Assembly (NCBI GenBank): GCA_051382335.1
Contig: JBBCAX010000049.1
Coordinates: 1-33,662, forward strand
Direction: 5' to 3'
DNA: 33,662 nt
Source of the DNA: Deltaproteobacteria bacterium TL4
GTDB lineage: Bacteria; SAR324; NAC60-12
A model generated the notes under the pieces. That model did not search any database. It worked only from the letters and a program-made list of their open reading frames with translations, and was not told where the DNA came from. This document shows positions 18,579-26,559 of this stretch, one piece after another; the stretch's first letter is position 1, and each line of letters starts with the position of its first letter. The position numbers and the translations under genes were made by a program.

Positions 18579-18761
18579 CAATACCCGTGAATGAAATCAT
18601 GTTCGTAGTTCCGCCTTTAGGCGGTAAGCCTTGCAGAAAAGCCGCCTAAAGGCGGAACTACGAACTTTTCACAATGACGTCAGCAAAACTCGCTATAATT
18701 TTATAAGTGGCTGTAATTAAAATACTTATTATTATTTTCCAAATTTCATTCACGGATATTG
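18579..18761. mobile_element. 183-bp MITE (IS4-like ends) enclosing a GTAG-REP doublet
   Basis: 19-bp terminal inverted repeat CAATACCCGTGAATGAAAT (18579-18597) / ATTTCATTCACGGATATTG (18743-18761), 18/19. 11-bp flanking direct repeat CCCCTTCCGCC (18568-18578) / CCCCTTCCACC (18762-18772), 10/11. Inner perfect 24-bp inverted repeat GTTCGTAGTTCCGCCTTTAGGCGG (18601-18624) / 18642-18665. Confidence 0.85.
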
Positions 18762-18771
18762 CCCCTTCCAC

Positions 18772-19902
18772 CTATTTCCCCATACTTTCGAGAAAGGCCT
18801 GGATACGGGTTTTGAGTTGTCCTTCACCGGACAAGCGATATTCGCGTTCCAGGCGTAGAATGGGAATATTGGTTTTACGAAGTGTGGTCACTAAAGGACT
18901 GGATTCAACCCCCCATAAATCACAGAATTTCATGGTTTGAATCACAATGCCCTCAACCCTGTATTCTTCCGCAGTCTTAAGAATTTCTTCAATACGCTCA
19001 TCAAAATTATCCATCATGCGAGGACAAGAGGTTTTTCGCAGTTTATGTTCAGCAAGAGTTCGGATCGGGTCTTCCTCTTTTTCCGGAATCGGGTTCAAGC
19101 CTGGAATCGAGCCTGTACAGTACCGATCCGCAACGATTAAGCCTCCCATTTTTTCAATCACGTGCAAATAACCGGGATCATCCAATTCACTCCCCACCAC
19201 CATCAATCGCGCTCGAAAAGGGGTTTCCAGTTTTCGCGTCTTCAAGTCCTCCCGAATCTTTTGAAAAGCGGGCATCATTGGAGCTAGAGGTGTGACGGAA
19301 CCGACTTTGAGCAGCGTATGGAATTCAGTCCCCGTTAAAGGCGGCTGGTCCTGTTTACGCAATTCACCAATGGAACGCATGAGTGCCAAATATTGGTTAC
19401 GTTCGCTGATGGACTTTCGGAGGGCCTCCGCCCCAGTATTCACGCCAAAGCAGGAGGCCAGGGATTGTGCCAGGGTTTGAAGCTCTTCAACATACCACTT
19501 CAAGGCGGCATCCGTGGTTTTATGCGGAAGATCCAGCATATACGCAAAGGCTGGCTTAGTAAGATACACCAGGTTATCATACAAGCGTCTTAAATGATCA
19601 CAACTCGCGGTAAAGACCCAACCGTCAATATGCTCGTAGCGGAAATCCATGGCATATTCCAGCAAACTGCGTGTGTAAGAACAGGTCACATTTGAAAGAT
19701 AAGTATCCGCCATTTCTGTCCCCGCGACACCGGGTGCGGACATCCTTACAGGAACCAGCCCCTCCACCGAAAGTAACGCTTCCGGAATATAACTACAGGT
19801 ATAACCGATCAGGCGTTTTCCTGCGGCCTTTGCTTCGTCTAAATAGGGATTACTTGTATCCGCAATGAGGTCATTAAAAGACTCGGGTATCATTGATTGC
19901 AT
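18772..19902 (-). CDS. 2-hydroxyacyl-CoA dehydratase family subunit (HgdB/HadC/BcrC-like)
   Basis: GYTCSYIPE, TCSYTRS, SCDHLRR, LDLPH, DRYCTG, SCPRM, KFCDLWG, GQLKTRIQAFLE. Confidence 0.9.
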   Translation of the reverse strand: MQSMIPESFNDLIADTSNPYLDEAKAAGKRLIGYTCSYIPEALLSVEGLVPVRMSAPGVAGTEMADTYLSNVTCSYTRSLLEYAMDFRYEHIDGWVFTASCDHLRRLYDNLVYLTKPAFAYMLDLPHKTTDAALKWYVEELQTLAQSLASCFGVNTGAEALRKSISERNQYLALMRSIGELRKQDQPPLTGTEFHTLLKVGSVTPLAPMMPAFQKIREDLKTRKLETPFRARLMVVGSELDDPGYLHVIEKMGGLIVADRYCTGSIPGLNPIPEKEEDPIRTLAEHKLRKTSCPRMMDNFDERIEEILKTAEEYRVEGIVIQTMKFCDLWGVESSPLVTTLRKTNIPILRLEREYRLSGEGQLKTRIQAFLESMGK

Positions 19903-20711
19903 TATGAGATCTCCATATTTTCCAAAACGGGAAGGGCTTTGTTAATGAGTGAATTGTTGTTCCATAAACCCAACGTGTGTACGATCTCTCGGACAGCAAC
20001 CACCGCGGGGTTCGCTGAAGGAAGTTTCCATAAAGACGTTCCTTCCCGGTCAAAACGTCGAAGTAACGCATCTTCGGGAATAGTTCCGACTAATTTCATA
20101 TTTTGCGGAAGCTGTACCTTTTCAAGCTCAGATACTCGATTCGCAACAACGGCAATGTGAAAGTCAGGTGCCAATTGAGAAATCATTTCCAGTGTCTCCA
20201 AACTTCGAATCGAGCCATCAACCACAACAATCACTTGAGAAACGCGCTGAGTCACTTGCCGGTTGATTTGTTCCAGTCCTGCTTCCGCATCAATGACAAT
20301 GGCAGAAAACTGAGAGGCGATTAAGTCAATAGCTTCTCGTAAAAGTCGATTTACGGGGCAGTAACAGCCCTTTTTTGAGGAATGGCCCATACTCAGAAGA
20401 GAGTAATCAGCACGCTCGGTCAAGGCTTCCAATAAAAGATAATCCACTTGCTCCGCAAGTTCAACTTTCCCCTCTTTGCTGGCTCCACGAGCCGCGGCAA
20501 TAATTTCATCACGGACTTGCCCCAACGTTTTGGCGGATCGTTCTCCAATGACAGAAACCAATCCTCCGGCGGGGTCCGCGTCCACTAAAAGCAGCGGTTG
20601 GATTCCCAAGTCAATTAAGGTACGAGACAAGAGCGCGGAAAGAACGGTTTTTCCAACACCCCCTTTTCCGCACACAGCGATGATGGGTTGAGGCGTTTCA
20701 AGGGTTGACAT
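19902..20711 (-). CDS. cooC: CooC/AcsF-family nickel-insertion ATPase
   Basis: Deviant Walker A GKGGVGKT, VDADP, metal-binding GCYCPVN, DAEAGLEQINR, ANRV, IPED. Overlaps both neighbours. Confidence 0.85.
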   Translation of the reverse strand: MSTLETPQPIIAVCGKGGVGKTVLSALLSRTLIDLGIQPLLLVDADPAGGLVSVIGERSAKTLGQVRDEIIAAARGASKEGKVELAEQVDYLLLEALTERADYSLLSMGHSSKKGCYCPVNRLLREAIDLIASQFSAIVIDAEAGLEQINRQVTQRVSQVIVVVDGSIRSLETLEMISQLAPDFHIAVVANRVSELEKVQLPQNMKLVGTIPEDALLRRFDREGTSLWKLPSANPAVVAVREIVHTLGLWNNNSLINKALPVLENMEIS

Positions 20712-21480
20712 TTTGTTTCCTCCTTTTTTTTATAACCAGCACTTCTCGAAGGTCGTCGCAAACTTCGTTTTCATCACAGGTTTTACAAGACATGTCCGAG
20801 CATTCCAGGTCCCCGTCACTATTGATCGCGAGTTTCTTGTGCTGTCCTGATAAGATGGCGGCTTCCTGAGCGATGGATTTTAGTCCTTCAACCTCCAGGG
20901 CCGAGGAGGTCACAAAAGCGACTTCAACCGCTTCGACTTCCTGGAATTCACTTTGATACAACTCGCTCAACGCCGCTCCAACGGCTCTAAAGGTCAACCC
21001 TGCCTCAATCCCACGATGACTCACACGAATCCATAAGCGTCCTGGCATAGATCGCGCGGCGTAACCTTGAATTCTGTTGGTTAAAAACTGCAACTTTTCA
21101 AGATCAAAAGGATCAGGTCTCGAATCCGGTTTTAACGCAAGCATGATTACCTGAGCAAAAGGAGACTTCGGTTCCGCTGGCATTTGATCCAGATCCGGTC
21201 CGATCAAAGAAATTCTTCCATGATTTACCAACTCACGCTTTGACGTCAACAATAACAACGACTGTGATTGCGTGGAGGGGTGTCCCAACTCCACGGCGGT
21301 GTCTTTTGCAAGAATAATCTCAGGACGGCCTTTCTCTTTGGGCTTCAACTTTTGATACACAACCTCATCCACTTCCATGATTTTTGTTTGAGGCGATGAT
21401 TCAAAATGCTGTTTGACCCTCTTGATTAAAAAGGCCATATCCGTAAAGGTTGAAGGGACCGGAGTCGCAAGGGCTTCCAT
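20698..21480 (-). CDS. Stand-alone homolog of the acetyl-CoA synthase (CdhC/AcsB) middle domain with a C-terminal Cys4 motif
   Basis: DTAVELGHP, GRISLIGPDLDQM, PFAQVI, NRIQGY, LWIRVSHRGIEAGLTF and VEAVEVAFVT resemble ACS domain-2 motifs (VELxGP, GKVxVIGPDI, WxRVSKxAxxKGF). Ends with C-x4-C-x2-C-x5-C and has no A-cluster domain. Homology recognised by eye. Confidence 0.65.
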   Translation of the reverse strand: MEALATPVPSTFTDMAFLIKRVKQHFESSPQTKIMEVDEVVYQKLKPKEKGRPEIILAKDTAVELGHPSTQSQSLLLLTSKRELVNHGRISLIGPDLDQMPAEPKSPFAQVIMLALKPDSRPDPFDLEKLQFLTNRIQGYAARSMPGRLWIRVSHRGIEAGLTFRAVGAALSELYQSEFQEVEAVEVAFVTSSALEVEGLKSIAQEAAILSGQHKKLAINSDGDLECSDMSCKTCDENEVCDDLREVLVIKKRRKQNVNP

Positions 21481-21487
21481 TGTGTTC

Positions 21488-23371
21488 CTAAACGGTGACA
21501 GGTCGAACTTTTTTCAATCCTGCAATCAAGTTACTTGGAGTTCCTGACATCAGGATTTTGATCTTCCCTTCTTTTTGTCCAATTTTATCCAATAACAGAT
21601 TGGTGGCCCACTTTGCGGTAACATTGGTTTTTTCCATAAAAACCGCAGGATGAGGGACAAACGCCATATCCCCTATGAATAACAAGTTATCAAAGGGCGA
21701 TTGAATCGGAGGACGAAGGCTTTCATCACCAGGGTGATAAGTTGTATAGTGACGCCATTTATTGAGATAATAAGACTGGTAGGGTGGCAGATCGGGCATC
21801 ACGGTTTTCAATTCAGCATGACACTTTTCAGCAATCTCAGCATTGGTAAAATTCTGTACCAGATGCGCTTTGGAAATCTGAGTTTCAATAATGGTGATAT
21901 CTTGTCCCGCGTACTCTTTAATGATACCTCGGGTATTTCCCTCTAACGCGGGGAGGGTCCAGTTGATGGTGATCCCCAGATGCTGGAATCCTGTCGCGAA
22001 AAAGACGTAATTGTCGGGTCTTTCCTTGAAGCGATCTTTCCAAAATTGACCGCCTTCAAACCACATATTGAGTACATAAACTTCAGTTGCGTGGAGATTG
22101 GTAATATTATCAAAATACTTATTTCCCCCGAGCACATTCTGGTTCATGGCAATCAATTTTTGACTGGCGGGAATATCCATCGCGCTGATGTAAAAATCGG
22201 CTTCAAAGGTTTTTTGTGTTTTTTCTTCTTCAGAAAGCAGCTTTAACTTCGCGCCTTCAGCACCGCAAAAGGGACACTCCTCATAATGCATGTTGCCGTA
22301 AATCAGTTCACCGCACACCTGACAACGCCTGACTTCAGGCATATTTATTTGACTGGTAAGGATCCCGGCGATTTGTCCATTCTTCACCATCAAACGTTCC
22401 ACTTCTGTGTTATAATGGATTTCTCCCCCTTTCCCGAGGATATAATTGACCATCGGTTGAAGAAAGGTTTCTCCGGGGGGATTCATGTAAAAATTAACAT
22501 CCCAATCCTTTGGAGAACCGGCGACTAACTCAAAAATATTGCCTACCGTCAAGGCCGAGAGTTTATCCACGTTGTTAAAGTAAGCCATCTCCACAATGCT
22601 ATCGACTATTTTGTAAGTTAAGGCATCAGACAGTCCCAGCTTTTTGCAGTAGTCCTCGATGGTCATACTATCCATGTATTCCCGTTGCTTCTTGTCCGCA
22701 TAATCAAAAGTCATCAGTCTTAGGAAAAAGGAGAGGGCTTCGCTCTCCTTGCCTTTCAAATGATCCAATTTCATCAGACCCGTAAGCTGTTCCACACGGT
22801 CATAAGGTGAAGGCCACGTTGTTTTGGGGATGTAACTTTGCGTTCCATCTTTATCTAAAAAGGTATAGATCGAATTTTTTTCACTCGCATCCTGAAGTTG
22901 AAATCCATATCGGCCCATGAATTCCCTCAAGTTGTTATAAAAACCCCAAATAGCGTGGAGTCCATGCTCTCGTATAAAGCCTTGAAAATTAGGATCTTTT
23001 TTCCAAGGATGATCCTTGGGGCCAAACGATTTATCTCTCCAGGATTTTAACTTTCCGCCAGGGATACCGGTCTTTTCTAAAAGTGTCACTTTGAAACCTC
23101 TGGAACTCAACTCAACACCCGCTTGCAGTCCAGACAATCCTCCACCCAAAATACAGACCGTTTTTCCATTGGATTTGAGATCAACATGGTTTTCGTCAAC
23201 CTTGGGATATTTAGCTCTGTAGAAGGGATCGTCGTTTAGCGGAATAGCGGCCAGTCCTGTGCCTCCCACCGCTGCGGCAATACCCACGGTCGTCGCAGAC
23301 ATTCCTAAAAAGCCCCTGCGCGTCGTTTGAGTCGGATCTTGATCTTTTGATTGTGGTTCTGAAGGTTTCAT
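21488..23371 (-). CDS. Tat-signal FAD-dependent oxidoreductase (amine oxidase/phytoene desaturase/CrtU-like fold) with inserted rubredoxin-like module, paralog B
   Basis: Tat motif TRRGFL plus hydrophobic stretch; Rossmann ILGGGLSGL...LEK...GGK; EHGLHAIWGFYNN; CQVCG-x11-CPFC insertion; C-terminal NLLFIGD...FMEK. Confidence 0.8.
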   Translation of the reverse strand: MKPSEPQSKDQDPTQTTRRGFLGMSATTVGIAAAVGGTGLAAIPLNDDPFYRAKYPKVDENHVDLKSNGKTVCILGGGLSGLQAGVELSSRGFKVTLLEKTGIPGGKLKSWRDKSFGPKDHPWKKDPNFQGFIREHGLHAIWGFYNNLREFMGRYGFQLQDASEKNSIYTFLDKDGTQSYIPKTTWPSPYDRVEQLTGLMKLDHLKGKESEALSFFLRLMTFDYADKKQREYMDSMTIEDYCKKLGLSDALTYKIVDSIVEMAYFNNVDKLSALTVGNIFELVAGSPKDWDVNFYMNPPGETFLQPMVNYILGKGGEIHYNTEVERLMVKNGQIAGILTSQINMPEVRRCQVCGELIYGNMHYEECPFCGAEGAKLKLLSEEEKTQKTFEADFYISAMDIPASQKLIAMNQNVLGGNKYFDNITNLHATEVYVLNMWFEGGQFWKDRFKERPDNYVFFATGFQHLGITINWTLPALEGNTRGIIKEYAGQDITIIETQISKAHLVQNFTNAEIAEKCHAELKTVMPDLPPYQSYYLNKWRHYTTYHPGDESLRPPIQSPFDNLLFIGDMAFVPHPAVFMEKTNVTAKWATNLLLDKIGQKEGKIKILMSGTPSNLIAGLKKVRPVTV

Positions 23372-23456
23372 AAAGAACTCCTGTGATAGGGTTTCATGCG
23401 CTAACGAACGGAAATTAACTCCCCAATTATCGTCTGATCCAGTATTTTAAAAGCGG

Positions 23457-25304
23457 CTACACATAAACGGAGGCCACAGTTTTTAAGGCTGAAACAATGG
23501 CACTGGGAGTACCCGACATTAAAATTTTAATTTTCCCCTCTTTTTGTCCAATCTTATCCAACAAAATATTGGTTGCCCATTTTGCGGTGACATTGGTTTT
23601 TTCCATGAACATGGAAGGCATCGGAATAAACACCATATCTCCAATAAATAACAAATTATCAATAGGGGACTGAATCGGAGGGCGTCTACCTTCATCCCCA
23701 GGAAGCCACCGTGTGTAGGTCCGCCATTTGTTAACATAGGAGGATTGGTAAGGCGGAAGTTCAGGCATAATACCCTTCAACTCTTCGTAACAACGATCCG
23801 CCATTTCCTGATTAGATAAGAGTTCCACATTATGAATCTTGGCAATTTGTGTTTCAATAATGGAAACATCATATTCTTCATACTCCTTGACAATCGTAGA
23901 AATTTTACCCGTTTTTTCATCGCGCAAAGGCGTTGCCCAATTAGCGGTCAGTCCTACGTAATCGAAACTTGTCCCAAAGAAATTGGGAGGTGTCGCTTCT
24001 TTGATTGGCAGCAGCTTGGTCCAGTGTTTTCTGCCTTCAACCCAAAAATTGACAATAAACACTTCCCTGGAATGCAGCCCCAAGATATTTTGGAAATAGG
24101 GATGTTCCCCGAATGACTTGATATTCGTCGAAATCAATTTCTGCATTCCCGGGGTATCCATCGCCATGATAAAATAGTCAGCATGGAATTCCCTTTCACT
24201 TTTTTCGCTGTCATTGAGATCTTTAAGTTGCGTTCCTTCAGCGGCGCAAAAAGGGCAAACCTCATGGGGGTCATCGCCATAAATCAATTCCCCGCAAATT
24301 TGACACCTTCGAAGTCTTGCTCCGATAAGCTGAGTGGTGAAGACACTTTGGATTCGATCCGGATTCCTGTTGAGGTGCGTGACCTCCGTGTTGTAATGAA
24401 CGGTTCCTCCCTTTTTCAGGATATAATCCACCATCGGTTGTAAAAAAGTTTCGATGGGAGGATTAGCAAAAAAGTTCACCTCTAACATGTCTTCAGGCGC
24501 TCCTGCAATCAACTGCATGAGCTGCGCAAATACAGCGGCAGAGCAGACTTTGACGCTGTCAAAAAACGCCATTTCCACGACACTATCAATCAGCTTGTAG
24601 ATACTTGCGTCCGAAAGCCCCACCTTTTTACAATATTCCTCCAACGTCATGCTGTCTAAATAATCACGCTGAGCTTTATCGGCATAATCAAAAGTAAACA
24701 ACTTTTGCATCACCTTCAATAAAGGTAGCTCTTCGCCTTTTTCAAGCAGGTTTAGATTCATGAAGGAATAAAGCTGCTGTAACCGGTTGTAGGGCGCGGG
24801 CCAGGTTGTTTTGGGAATATAACTGAGCGTTTTGTCTTTATCCACAAAAGTGAAAATGGATGTACGATCAGGCAGATCCAGAAGTTGCATGCCATATCGT
24901 CCCATGAACTCCCGTAAATTATTATAATGTCCCCAAATGGCGTGTATCCCATGTTCTTTAGGGAAGCCTTTAAAGTTTGGGTCTTTCTTCAAGGGATGAT
25001 CGGGAGGACCGAAGCTTCGATCCCGCCAAGACTTTAATTTACCACCAGGAACACCCGATTTCTCCAGAATTTCGATTTTAAACCCTCGTGCCGCCAATTC
25101 AACACCGGCCTGAAGCCCTCCGAGTCCTCCCCCCAAAATACAAACCGTTTTCCCATTGGCAGGAAGTTCAACGTGATTTTCTTCAACATAATTGAATTTC
25201 TGACGATAAAACGGTTCTCTACTTAAAGGGACAGCGGCAACGCCTATTGCCCCGACCGTCGCTGCGGAATAGGATAAAAACTCTCGTCTGGTCGGTTTCT
25301 TCAT
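23457..25304 (-). CDS. Tat-signal FAD-dependent oxidoreductase with inserted rubredoxin-like module, paralog A
   Basis: Tat motif TRREFL; ILGGGLGGL; EHGIHAIWGHYNN; CQICG-x11-CPFC insertion. Colinear with 21488..23371 over the full length, with an almost identical C-terminus. Confidence 0.8.
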   Translation of the reverse strand: MKKPTRREFLSYSAATVGAIGVAAVPLSREPFYRQKFNYVEENHVELPANGKTVCILGGGLGGLQAGVELAARGFKIEILEKSGVPGGKLKSWRDRSFGPPDHPLKKDPNFKGFPKEHGIHAIWGHYNNLREFMGRYGMQLLDLPDRTSIFTFVDKDKTLSYIPKTTWPAPYNRLQQLYSFMNLNLLEKGEELPLLKVMQKLFTFDYADKAQRDYLDSMTLEEYCKKVGLSDASIYKLIDSVVEMAFFDSVKVCSAAVFAQLMQLIAGAPEDMLEVNFFANPPIETFLQPMVDYILKKGGTVHYNTEVTHLNRNPDRIQSVFTTQLIGARLRRCQICGELIYGDDPHEVCPFCAAEGTQLKDLNDSEKSEREFHADYFIMAMDTPGMQKLISTNIKSFGEHPYFQNILGLHSREVFIVNFWVEGRKHWTKLLPIKEATPPNFFGTSFDYVGLTANWATPLRDEKTGKISTIVKEYEEYDVSIIETQIAKIHNVELLSNQEMADRCYEELKGIMPELPPYQSSYVNKWRTYTRWLPGDEGRRPPIQSPIDNLLFIGDMVFIPMPSMFMEKTNVTAKWATNILLDKIGQKEGKIKILMSGTPSAIVSALKTVASVYV

Positions 25305-25380
25305 CTTATTCTCCTAAACATAAAACAAACACGAATCAGGATGGTGAGGGGCCATCAAACTTGGATGCTCACAACGGGAT

Positions 25381-25734
25381 TTAATACCTTTTGGGAAGCG
25401 CAAAATCTTTAGTTTGATGAAGTTTCCTAAAATAATATCCCGCTTCAAATCCATTTTGGATGGTAATCGCGTCTGAAGTGCAGGCAGCGAGACAACATCC
25501 ACACGCGACACAAAGGCTAACGCCTGGAGCGTTATAGACCAGGAAGGGGATAGATTCAGGGTCCTTTTTATCTTTGTGTTTGTCAATCGACAGCGATCTG
25601 CCTGGACAAATGGAAACACAAACACCACAACGATTGCATTTCTTCTCGTCAAAAGTCACTTCGCCTGTATGCATATCCTTGGCATCATCATAGTCAGGAA
25701 AATTCCATCGTTCTGTACGTTTTAAGAATTGCAT
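25381..25734 (-). CDS. 2x[4Fe-4S] dicluster ferredoxin-like protein
   Basis: CNRCGVCVSICP and CVACGCCLAACT motifs; starts 1 nt after the nitroreductase stop. Confidence 0.88.
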   Translation of the reverse strand: MQFLKRTERWNFPDYDDAKDMHTGEVTFDEKKCNRCGVCVSICPGRSLSIDKHKDKKDPESIPFLVYNAPGVSLCVACGCCLAACTSDAITIQNGFEAGYYFRKLHQTKDFALPKRY

Positions 25735-25735
25735 C

Positions 25736-26485
25736 TCATTCTCCCAATCTTTCTACTCTTGGTTTTTTGTTGTTAAGATCATCAAACCAGTCCACCCTCT
25801 GTATCTCTCTGGGGACTTCCCCGTCCAATCGACCTTTAGGTTTTCCGATGGCGATACAGTCTGTTAAACGATAAGGATATTTGACCCCAAAAAATTGACG
25901 CCAGTGTGGGTAATACATCAGGGCTTTAATCAGTCCAATCCAACACGTTCCCGCTCCCATGCTATGCGCCGCAAGCACCATGTTTTGTCCGCAGATCCCG
26001 ACATCCAAGGCCGGTTGTCCAATCCCTCGGGAATCCTCCAGGAGAAGAATAAGTGTCGGTGCGCCATGAAAAACGCCAACCTTTTCTTTAACTATCTGCT
26101 GCATTAAGGAAAAAGGAACGGGGTGAAATTGATGTGGATTGATTTTTTTCAAGGTATTGCTAAGGGGTTTCAACACCCGGTTGACTACGGAGTTGTCATT
26201 ATCCATCACCCCCATGAGCACTTTGAAAAAACGAATAATATCTTTCTCCATCTCATCAATCAGCTCTTTATTATTGACCACCACAAACTTCCAGGGCTGT
26301 GAATTCCCCGCTGAGGGGGCGTAACGTCCCGCTTCCAAAATTCTGCGGATTTGATTATCAGGCAAGGGGGTACTGCGAAACGCGCGGATGCTTCTTCGTT
26401 CCATGATTGTCTTTTCAACAGGATTCCAATTCATCCCCTCAACATATCGTCCCAAAGGTGACAGTTCTTTATTTACTGCGGTCAT
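25736..26485 (-). CDS. Nitroreductase (FMN-binding) family protein
   Basis: RRSIRAF, APSAGNSQPWKFVVV, QNMVLAAHSMGAGTCWIG, IAIGKP. Start reassigned to ATG 26485 (GGAGG upstream) instead of 26536. Confidence 0.9.
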   Translation of the reverse strand: MTAVNKELSPLGRYVEGMNWNPVEKTIMERRSIRAFRSTPLPDNQIRRILEAGRYAPSAGNSQPWKFVVVNNKELIDEMEKDIIRFFKVLMGVMDNDNSVVNRVLKPLSNTLKKINPHQFHPVPFSLMQQIVKEKVGVFHGAPTLILLLEDSRGIGQPALDVGICGQNMVLAAHSMGAGTCWIGLIKALMYYPHWRQFFGVKYPYRLTDCIAIGKPKGRLDGEVPREIQRVDWFDDLNNKKPRVERLGE

Positions 26486-26559
26486 GTTTGTTACCTCCAA
26501 GTGACAGGAAGTGAGGACGAATCTGCGTTCACTCACCCCTCGGTTAAAAGAGCTCGATC

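Noticed and set aside
16084..19902. Class I benzoyl-CoA reductase
   Set aside because: Only one activator gene is present (BCRs use two different ATPase subunits) and there is no dienoyl-CoA hydratase or ring-opening hydrolase. It cannot be excluded without phylogeny.
19902..21480. Wood-Ljungdahl CODH/ACS locus
   Set aside because: No CODH catalytic subunit, A-cluster domain, corrinoid Fe-S protein or methyltransferase in the window.
21488..25304. Carotenoid or hopanoid biosynthesis cluster
   Set aside because: No phytoene/squalene synthase, cyclase or prenyltransferase nearby, and Tat signals are atypical for those enzymes.
25314..25652. 112-aa alternative-frame ORF, and the many other short shadow ORFs in the track
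   Set aside because: They overlap well-supported genes in other frames or strands and show no recognisable motifs.
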